Source of the DNA: Candidatus Hermodarchaeota archaeon
GTDB lineage: Archaea > Asgardarchaeota > Thorarchaeia > Thorarchaeales > Thorarchaeaceae
Length of the DNA stretch: 26,809 bases
Direction of reading: 5' to 3'
Assembly: GCA_048885865.1 (NCBI GenBank)
Contig: JBHLLF010000034.1
Coordinates: 1-26,809 of the forward strand
The notes under the pieces are model-generated. The model was not told the origin of the DNA. It searched no databases and saw only the letters and a list, made by a program, of their open reading frames with translations. This document shows positions 17,560 through 25,155 of the stretch, one piece after another (position 1 is the first letter of the stretch; every line of letters starts with the position of its first letter). The translations under genes and the position numbers were made by a program.

Positions 17560-18300
17560 ATGGGTCTAATACTAGAAGTCAAGAATCTGACTAAGAAGTT
17601 CGGTGGACTTACAGCAGTCAATGATGTAAATTTCGAGATAGAAAGAGGAGAGATGCTCGGCCTGATTGGCCCTAATGGAGCAGGGAAGACGACACTCTTC
17701 CATCTGCTGACTGGATTTGAAAAGCCTAATTCTGGTTCGATTAGGTTCAACGGAATAAGCATCAGAGGAAAAAAACCCTATCAGATTGTCAATCTAGGGA
17801 TTGCTAGGACTTTCCAGTTGGTAAAATCATTTCGCTTTCTCAGCCTTCTTGACAACATAGCAGTGGCATGCCTCTCGGCTCGCGGAAGGCGGTCATTTGA
17901 ATCTTCAGATATCGATGAAACTGCCAGCTCAATACTCTCTTCCGTCGGATTGGTGGACAAGGCCAGATTGCCCCCGGTAATCCTACCTCATGGTGATTTG
18001 AGAAGACTTGAGATTGGTAAGGCATTAGGAACGAACCCAGAATTACTACTTCTCGATGAACCGTTCAGTGGGCTGACATATGAAGAGAAAGAGGGGGTCA
18101 ACAAGCTGATAAAAAGACTGCATGATGAGGGTGTGACTATTTTTGTCACAGGACATGTGCTACGCGAGTTGATGAACTTAGTTCCCAGGGTTATTGCCAT
18201 GCATCGGGGTAGACTAATTGCCGAAGGATCTCCGCGGGAGGTGGCAAACAACAGAATAGTACTAGAGGCGTACCTAGGAGGAAGTGAAGCATTTGCTTGA
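17560..18300 (+). CDS. livG: ABC ATP-binding protein (LivG-like); start revised to ATG 17560
   Basis: LEVKNLTKKFGGLTAV, Walker A GPNGAGKT, GIARTFQ, Walker B LLLLDEP, and VLEAYLG at the C-terminus. ATG lies 1 nt after the livM stop. Confidence 0.92.
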   Translation: MGLILEVKNLTKKFGGLTAVNDVNFEIERGEMLGLIGPNGAGKTTLFHLLTGFEKPNSGSIRFNGISIRGKKPYQIVNLGIARTFQLVKSFRFLSLLDNIAVACLSARGRRSFESSDIDETASSILSSVGLVDKARLPPVILPHGDLRRLEIGKALGTNPELLLLDEPFSGLTYEEKEGVNKLIKRLHDEGVTIFVTGHVLRELMNLVPRVIAMHRGRLIAEGSPREVANNRIVLEAYLGGSEAFA

Positions 18301-18997
18301 ATTGAGAAAGGTCTACCACTACTACGGTAAAGCCAAGGCTTTGGAAGAAGTCAATCTGACCGTGGAGGAAGGCTCTCTCGACGCCGTTATTGGCCCAAAC
18401 GGTGCAGGGAAGTCCACGCTCCTCCGGGCCATATCTGGATTGGAAGAGATTGACAGAGGAAGGATAAGCTTCAGAGGAGAAAGGATAGACGAACTAGATG
18501 CCTATCAAATAGCTCGGAGGGGAATCGCGCAGTGTCCAGAGCGCAGGCGGCTCTTCTATGATATGTCAGTGATGGAGAACCTTGAACTCGGAGCATATTC
18601 ATTGAGGGACAAAAGCAAGTATTCAAAACTCCTCGATTTTGTCTTCGATATCTTCCCCAGATTGCAGGAGCGAACAGAGCAACGTGCTGGAACCCTTAGT
18701 GGGGGTGAGCAACAGATGCTCGCAATCGGGCGTGCACTTATGTCCGATCCAATACTGCTCTTGTTGGATGAACCGTCCCTGGGATTAGCGCCTAAAATCA
18801 AGACGAGAATCTTCGAAGCAATTCTCCAAATCAAGGAGGAGGGTACAACAACTCTTCTGGTTGAACAAGATGCAGTTCTAGCAATGGAGATTGCAGATTA
18901 TATCTATGTGCTTGAGGAAGGCAAGATCGAGATGAGCGGGACAAAAGAGCAATTGCAGAGAGAGCCGCGCATCAAGAAAGTCTATTTAGGAATATAG
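18284..18997 (+). CDS. livF: ABC ATP-binding protein (LivF-like)
   Basis: GPNGAGKST, PERRRLF, FPRLQER, LSGGEQQMLAIGRALM, LLLLDEPSLGLAP, LLVEQ and VYLG motifs. GTG start overlapping livG. Confidence 0.94.
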   Translation: MKHLLELRKVYHYYGKAKALEEVNLTVEEGSLDAVIGPNGAGKSTLLRAISGLEEIDRGRISFRGERIDELDAYQIARRGIAQCPERRRLFYDMSVMENLELGAYSLRDKSKYSKLLDFVFDIFPRLQERTEQRAGTLSGGEQQMLAIGRALMSDPILLLLDEPSLGLAPKIKTRIFEAILQIKEEGTTTLLVEQDAVLAMEIADYIYVLEEGKIEMSGTKEQLQREPRIKKVYLGI

Positions 18998-19008
18998 GTG
19001 ATGATAGA

Positions 19009-20349
19009 ATGTCTACATCTCTAGAGGATCTCTTACGTGATGCCAAGATAGAACTTGTGATTTCTAGATTTGAAAACGACCCATCAATAATGCAGGAGTT
19101 GATCAGGCATCTAGGCAATGAGATTCGCTCGATTAGGTTCAACGCAACTCTGGCAATTGGTGAATTGGGAGCTGATTCTGCGGATGCTGTTTCAGACTTA
19201 GTCGAATGCCTTGAGGATGAAGATTGGAGCATCTGCCGCGAAGCAGCAAGATCGCTAGGGAAGATTGGAGAGTCGGCAGTTGATGCCATTCCTGGCTTGG
19301 TGGGTCTATTGAATGATCAGGAAGTGACAATCAGAACAGCGGCCGCAATTTCAATCGGGAATATTGGAGCCGCGACAGATGAGGCGATATCAGGTTTGAT
19401 ATCAGCACTTAATGATCAGAATGAGGAGATTCGAACCGAAGCTGCGAGATCTTTAGGGAAATTGGGGGCAAATGCCAATACTGCAATTCCACAACTGACG
19501 AATTGCCTAAGGGATATTAGCTGGACAGTCAGAACAGCTGCAGCTCAGGCAATACGGGAAATAGGCTTGGGGTCGGTGCAGTCTATCCCGATGCTTGTCA
19601 ACACTCTTGAGGACGGGGATTGGAGAGTTCGTTATCGATCCATAGAAACACTAGCCGAGATTGGCAAGGATGCAATCCCTGCACTTATTGAGGCTGTTGA
19701 TCATGAGAATCCAGTTGCCCGAAGAGGAGCTATTGAAGCCCTGGGTGAGATGAAGGCTTCTGACCAGCATGTTATTGATAGCTTGGCCTCTAGGCTGCAG
19801 GATAAAGACGAAGGGGTTCGTGGAAAAGCAACTGATTCCCTTCGTAGCATTGGAATGGCGGCCATTCCAGCCCTAATGGAGGCGTACCAAGCAGCAAACA
19901 AGAAGATGAAAATTCAGATAATGTCTGCACTCGGTGGAATGGGATCACAGGGAGAAACAGCAATTCCATTCCTACTAGGGGAATTGGAAGCTAGTGACAC
20001 ATCAGTTCGAACAGAAGCAGCTAGATCACTGGGTAGGTTGGCAATAGGCAACCCGGATATTATCACTGCTCTTGCAGCGTCTCTCTCAGACGCAAAGGTG
20101 ACAGTCAGACGCGAGGCAGCCTTGAGTCTTGGGAAATTTGGACAGGACGCAACACTTGCAGTTCCGAATCTAGTCAACTCACTCAGTGATGACTCTCCAG
20201 ATGTGAGGTGGCGTGCGTCCGAGGCACTTGGGAGAATAGGAACAAGCAACTTGAATGCTCTTTCTACCCTAGAGTCCTTGCTTCATGACAGGTTTGACTA
20301 CGTTGCGGAAGCCGCACAGGAAGCACTCGATTTAATAGGTGGACAATAA
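19009..20349 (+). CDS. HEAT-repeat (HEAT_2/PBS-lyase-like) alpha-solenoid protein, 13 repeats
   Basis: 13 repeats of the type (A)IPxLxxxLxDxxxxVRxxAAxALGxIG cover nearly the whole 446 aa. GGTGA upstream. Confidence 0.92.
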   Translation: MSTSLEDLLRDAKIELVISRFENDPSIMQELIRHLGNEIRSIRFNATLAIGELGADSADAVSDLVECLEDEDWSICREAARSLGKIGESAVDAIPGLVGLLNDQEVTIRTAAAISIGNIGAATDEAISGLISALNDQNEEIRTEAARSLGKLGANANTAIPQLTNCLRDISWTVRTAAAQAIREIGLGSVQSIPMLVNTLEDGDWRVRYRSIETLAEIGKDAIPALIEAVDHENPVARRGAIEALGEMKASDQHVIDSLASRLQDKDEGVRGKATDSLRSIGMAAIPALMEAYQAANKKMKIQIMSALGGMGSQGETAIPFLLGELEASDTSVRTEAARSLGRLAIGNPDIITALAASLSDAKVTVRREAALSLGKFGQDATLAVPNLVNSLSDDSPDVRWRASEALGRIGTSNLNALSTLESLLHDRFDYVAEAAQEALDLIGGQ

Positions 20350-20361
20350 ACAGGAAGGGGC

Positions 20362-22047
20362 ATGACTGACGATCCGTATGCGGCAAAGATTTGGTTGAAG
20401 CAATACGATGAGGGCGTACCAGAACACATCGACTATCCAGAGATGAACCTTTATCAAATTCTGGATGACTCTGCCCGTGATTTTGGAGGACGCCCAGCGA
20501 TTTGGTTCCAAAAAAGGAGAATAACTTACAAGGAATTCAAGGACATCGCTGACAGACTCGCAACAGCTCTTGTGAATTTGGGTGTCAAGAAGGGCGATGT
20601 CGTCGCAATGATGATTCCAAACTTCCCTCAATATCTCTTCAGCTTCTTTGGAATTCTGAAGGCAGGAGCAATCATTACTGCATGCAGCGTGCTGCTAACA
20701 GAGAGAGAGCTGGCTTACCAGCTAAATGACTCAGGTGCGGAAACAATCATTGCTTGGGATACACAGCTTGAGAAGATTAATGCCATAAAGGATAGGACTA
20801 GACTCAGGAACATCATCATTACGAATGTGCTTGATTATGTGCCTGGTGCGAGGAGAGACCCTCCAGAGCTTTCAGGAACCATGCAGTTTGTAAATCTGGT
20901 CAATAGTACTGAGCCGAACCCTCCTAAGTTCGAGATCAACGCCAAGGAAGACCTTGCTGCTCTTCAGTACACAGGGGGGACCACAGGTCTACCAAAAGGT
21001 GCGATGTTGACTCACTACAACCTAGTATCCAATTGCATAGCTACATACTCTTGGACTGCATCAGAGGTGCAAAAGGGGAAAGATACGGGTCTCACTAACC
21101 TGCCACTTTTCCATATCTACGGGATGACAGTCGCTATGAATAGCTGGATCTACAACGCCTCTGCAATTGCCCTCAATCCAGATGCTAGAGACCACAAATC
21201 ATTATTCGAGATCATAAAGGATACGAAGCCAGCGATGTTTCCAGGCGTTCCAACCATGTACATGCGTCTGTTGGAGCGAGATGACCTAGAAGATTATGCA
21301 AAGGATTTGAGATGCATCAGATTCTGCAACACAGGTGCAGCAGCTATGCCCCCTGAAGTCCTCAAGGAGTTTGAGGAAAGAACTGGAGCCATCATTATCG
21401 AAGGTTATGGGCTCACTGAAGCCTCGCCAGTGACTCATGTTAATCCAATCAAAGGAGTGCGTAAGATTGGGTCCATAGGAATTCCAATCTCTGATACGGA
21501 GGTCAGGATTGTTGACACCGATGATTATACAAAGATCCTGCCCATTGGAGAAGATGGCGAGCTCCTAATTAGAGGTCCTCAGGTGATGAAGGGATATTGG
21601 AACAAACCTGACGCTACTGCAAACCAGATCAAAGATGGCTGGTTGATGACGGGAGATATCGGGCATATGGATGAAGAGGGCTACTTCTTCATTGTTGATA
21701 GAAAGAAAGACATGATTAATGTAAGTGGCTTCAAGGTCTACCCAAGGGAAGTGGAGGATGTGTTGTTTGAGCATGAGGCCGTAGAGAATGCCGCTGTAAT
21801 TGGATTGCCAGATCCAAATACACCCGGCAGTGATTGGGTCAAGGCATTCATCATGCTCAAGGACGGATATAAGGAGAGCGAGGAGCTTCTCGCTGAGATT
21901 CGAGAGTTCTGCCGAGCGAATGTATCGCCGTATAAAGTTCCGAAAGAAATCGAAGTCCGAAAGGAACTTCCAGAAACCCTAGTGGGCAAAGTACTTCGAA
22001 AAGATCTGAAGGAGCAAGAGGATAGAAAGGCTGGAGAGTTGGTCTGA
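20362..22047 (+). CDS. Long-chain-fatty-acid--CoA ligase-like acyl-CoA synthetase (ANL/AMP-binding family, FadD/LcfA-like)
   Basis: LQYTGGTTGLPKG (AMP-binding loop), LPLFHIYG, PGVPTMY, EGYGLTE, TGDIG, DRKKDMINVSGFKVYPREVE and LPETLVGKVLR motifs. Confidence 0.93.
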   Translation: MTDDPYAAKIWLKQYDEGVPEHIDYPEMNLYQILDDSARDFGGRPAIWFQKRRITYKEFKDIADRLATALVNLGVKKGDVVAMMIPNFPQYLFSFFGILKAGAIITACSVLLTERELAYQLNDSGAETIIAWDTQLEKINAIKDRTRLRNIIITNVLDYVPGARRDPPELSGTMQFVNLVNSTEPNPPKFEINAKEDLAALQYTGGTTGLPKGAMLTHYNLVSNCIATYSWTASEVQKGKDTGLTNLPLFHIYGMTVAMNSWIYNASAIALNPDARDHKSLFEIIKDTKPAMFPGVPTMYMRLLERDDLEDYAKDLRCIRFCNTGAAAMPPEVLKEFEERTGAIIIEGYGLTEASPVTHVNPIKGVRKIGSIGIPISDTEVRIVDTDDYTKILPIGEDGELLIRGPQVMKGYWNKPDATANQIKDGWLMTGDIGHMDEEGYFFIVDRKKDMINVSGFKVYPREVEDVLFEHEAVENAAVIGLPDPNTPGSDWVKAFIMLKDGYKESEELLAEIREFCRANVSPYKVPKEIEVRKELPETLVGKVLRKDLKEQEDRKAGELV

Positions 22048-22291
22048 GTCCTAATTACTGATGAGGGCGACTTTGACTACATGAAAAGCATGTTCCAGAA
22101 ATTCAAACCAGTCACATCCTGTTCTGAAACTACCGGGATTGGGTTGTACCTAAAGACGAATTCAGATCCAGCGCTTTGCTATGTCTAAACACCGATGTAG
22201 TTTCAGTCTGGTGGTTTAGGAGGATTTCCCGGACTCTTTAGAATCCCGGGCACTTGGCAATTATCTCGTTATAGCTATCATCTTCGGGTTT

Positions 22292-24589
22292 TCAGGGTTC
22301 ATACATTTTGCGTGGATTGCGTTTCTTTCTGAAGAAATGAAGTCCAATAGGTAGAACTAGAAATACCGGAAGAAAATCTTGCCAGATATCTCCAGATTTA
22401 ACAGTGATCAGAATATGTGCTGAGATTGACCGATTAGCCCAATCAAAAACTGTCACATTCAATTCATGCACACCATTCTCTAGGTCTAAGATATTAACTG
22501 CAGTATTCGGAGCGTAAATAGTAGCCCTAAGCAAGTCGTTAATTCGAACCTCCGCACGTTGGTAACCTGATTCATAATCATCTGCAATCCATTCAACTAT
22601 GATGTCCGGCTCACTAGCAATTTCCGTGTCTGGACTAATGATACTTAATGCAGGATTGGTGAGATCGACTACAAAGCTTCGCTGCATGCTAGCCATGTTT
22701 CCCGAAGCGTCAAATACAGTGAGATTGAAAGTATGTGAGCCTTCCGTCAAATCATCTAAGATAGTATTCAATGTAGAGCCGCTGTAGATGATGTTTGAGG
22801 GACTGTCTATCCAAACTTCGGAGAGAACATAGCCACTTAAGGAATCATAGGCAGCCCAAACTATATTGACAGAATTGACAGAGCTGTTGTAGAATTCAAC
22901 TGGAGTGAGGATTTCTGTGGAAGGTGCAGTCAAATCGATGTTGAACCGAAAGTGAGCGGCTTTGGACCCAATGTTACCTACTGAATCTCTTGCCACAGCA
23001 TGAAGATACCAAATTCCCTCACTCAACCTAGTACTTACTTGAATAGTATTGCTTGCTGTATAGAATCCAATAACATCATCAGGAATTGTAGAAGGATTCC
23101 GATCAATTATGTAGTAATAGCCTATTACACTATTGACATCAGTTGAATCAGACAAGCTGAACTCTGGTTGACATTCGACATACCATGCATTGGAGTCCGG
23201 ATGAGTTTGAGACGAGATTGTGGGTGGAAGCACTGTGCAATCGTAGTTTATAGTAAGAAGGGGATCACCAATTATTGTTAGGCCATAATACCATTCAAGA
23301 TATTTTGATCCTGCTGTACCATTGGCATTTAGTGCGTTGGAAAACCAATATGCTAGACTCTGACCCAATGTTTCATTTCTATTGAGTGCCGAATAGAAGT
23401 ACTCGCAATCCATCATACCCCCAGTCTTTGTAGTTCCAATTACAGCAAGACTATAATTGCCGCTAAATGCATAAGTGACGCCCAAATTGTCTATTGAAGT
23501 CCATTTTGCTGCAGAACATGCAAATAGATTGTAGAAGTTGAATGATGGCGGAGCCTCTTGAATTTGATTTGAACGTGTAGATCCCTCTCCAAATCCTCCA
23601 GGTCCAAAATTATGTGCAGTAGAAGTGCTATGCACACAAATGTGGGCCCACTGATAATCCTGAGGAAGCCGGTTCTCTGCCCAATCTGTGGCATTTGTCC
23701 AAGAGGATAACATAACAGAGGTGCGAGTCGGATAAGCTAATCCAACATCATTGTCCCATTTTTTCCCTATTCCTCCTGCCCAATCATCATCAATATAGAC
23801 AAGAGCACGCCGCTGTCGCCTAAGTCCACCAGTACGGTAAGTATGAGCTCTTGATAGGTAGGAGTTCACATGACTTGCATCTCCAGAACCCCATGATAGA
23901 GAACTCGGGTCGATGCGGCTGACAAATATCTCAGGATAGATATCTGCATCTGAAGCAGCGGTGTGACCATCAAAGATTCCATCCACAGGATTATTGTCTA
24001 GCCAAGTCCCATCTAAATCCATAAGATAGAGGTCGCAGATGAAAGTTTCAGCCCAGAATCCGCTTGTTGCTGGATGATAGAATTCCGCATAAGGAAGTCT
24101 GCCAATGAGAACAGCTCCAATGAGTCCGCTTGATTTGTACCATTGAGTCAGATTGTTCTTCAATTCCTCATGTGTTTCTATTGGATCAGTGTATAGCAGT
24201 GTTTCATACCCCGATTTATTGAGATCCTGGCGATATTGTTCGACAGCTACAGATACATCTGGGTACAATGAATCTTGAACGATTATCGCGACTGTATGAT
24301 TGGTCAAATCATCTTCAGCTGCAAGGTATATTTCAAATCCAGGGGGAGCCAGAATTGCTAATGGTGAAACATTCTGCTTCGGGGAATCTTCTCTATGAGA
24401 ATAGAAAGAATGGTCCCCAGGAAATCCAATAAGACTACTAATGTCACAATGGCCAGGCTGTGTGGCAGCGGAGTTGAGAACCACTATTATGCCTATAAGT
24501 AAGACAGCTCTAAATTTGGCTACATGTATGAATGAATTGCGTCCAACCAGCGAATTCACGTCCCGCATATTCTGAATCGCTCCATTCAT
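22292..24589 (-). CDS. Membrane-anchored gingipain-like (peptidase C25, clan CD) protein with ~3 C-terminal Ig/FN3-like domains
   Basis: N-terminal hydrophobic segment. C25-like motifs YRQDLxxxGY, GAVLIGRLP, CDLYLMDLDG, PEIFVSRI, HICVHS (His320), NLFACS (Cys358) and IIGDPLL. Ig-like repeats (DLTAP/DLTNP, EGxH, AxDxxGN/VFDxxxN). C-terminal TM + RKKR. The start could be ATG 24568. Confidence 0.82.
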   Translation of the reverse strand: MNGAIQNMRDVNSLVGRNSFIHVAKFRAVLLIGIIVVLNSAATQPGHCDISSLIGFPGDHSFYSHREDSPKQNVSPLAILAPPGFEIYLAAEDDLTNHTVAIIVQDSLYPDVSVAVEQYRQDLNKSGYETLLYTDPIETHEELKNNLTQWYKSSGLIGAVLIGRLPYAEFYHPATSGFWAETFICDLYLMDLDGTWLDNNPVDGIFDGHTAASDADIYPEIFVSRIDPSSLSWGSGDASHVNSYLSRAHTYRTGGLRRQRRALVYIDDDWAGGIGKKWDNDVGLAYPTRTSVMLSSWTNATDWAENRLPQDYQWAHICVHSTSTAHNFGPGGFGEGSTRSNQIQEAPPSFNFYNLFACSAAKWTSIDNLGVTYAFSGNYSLAVIGTTKTGGMMDCEYFYSALNRNETLGQSLAYWFSNALNANGTAGSKYLEWYYGLTIIGDPLLTINYDCTVLPPTISSQTHPDSNAWYVECQPEFSLSDSTDVNSVIGYYYIIDRNPSTIPDDVIGFYTASNTIQVSTRLSEGIWYLHAVARDSVGNIGSKAAHFRFNIDLTAPSTEILTPVEFYNSSVNSVNIVWAAYDSLSGYVLSEVWIDSPSNIIYSGSTLNTILDDLTEGSHTFNLTVFDASGNMASMQRSFVVDLTNPALSIISPDTEIASEPDIIVEWIADDYESGYQRAEVRINDLLRATIYAPNTAVNILDLENGVHELNVTVFDWANRSISAHILITVKSGDIWQDFLPVFLVLPIGLHFFRKKRNPRKMYEP

Positions 24590-24597
24590 ATTACTTA

Positions 24598-24638
24598 ATA
24601 TATAATCATCTTTTGTATGTCATCTAGATATTATATAC
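24598..24638 (-). promoter_or_regulatory. Two candidate TATA boxes for the C25-like gene
   Basis: Minus strand GTATATAAT (24638-24630) and TTATATAT (24605-24598). Confidence 0.4.
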
Positions 24639-24833
24639 AACACCATCATCGGTACTAATATGAAAGGAGGTCTTCTCGGTAAGTTTAGGTGCGTTTTGCG
24701 AATCCATTTCCTTTCTTAAGCATTTGTCAGAAATATCTAATATTAGGAAGTCTTAGCTTAGCACGCACGCACTTAACAAACGGACAGACATAATCACAAT
24801 AGCTGCAAGAGTGAAACGGTTGGACCAGAAGAT

Positions 24834-24880
24834 ACCTTCGACTTCAATGCGAAGCATTAACCTACGACTTTAATGCGAGG
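24834..24880. repeat. Imperfect 21-bp direct repeat (26-bp period)
   Basis: accttcgacttcaatgcgaag (24834-24854) vs acctacgactttaatgcgagg (24860-24880), 18/21 identical. Confidence 0.7.
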
Positions 24881-25155
24881 TTCATCCGATCAGAGATCAA
24901 CCCGATTCGAAAGCATTAGGAGGGGACTCATGATATGCTTAGAGCCCCATCTCCCTTGGAATAAGTCAATAAACACTAAATTTGAGTAGAACTCAATTGA
25001 TTCGTCCTTCGGATAAAATTGGTACAGGTTAATTGGGAAAGATAGAGAGTTGGGGAGGCGGCCTTTTTTCTTGTGCCTCCTTCCATGTGGATTTTGAGTA
25101 CTCTGCTCTGCTTAGCCAACAGCTTTCAAGCTGTGGGTACTCGTCTCCCGCTAAT

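Noticed and set aside
19009-20349. HEAT protein as deoxyhypusine hydroxylase, phycobilin lyase or a eukaryote-like coat/karyopherin protein
   Set aside because: There are no His-Glu iron ligands and no phycobiliprotein context. The short ~28-33-aa repeats are the common prokaryotic HEAT_2 type.
22058-22090. CTGATGAG...GAAA hammerhead-like core
   Set aside because: The sequence between the two motifs cannot form stem II, and I find no convincing stems I or III.
22045-22188. TGA read-through (Sec) extending the ligase by ~46 codons
   Set aside because: The ligase is complete at the TGA, the extension resembles nothing I recognise, and no SECIS is evident.
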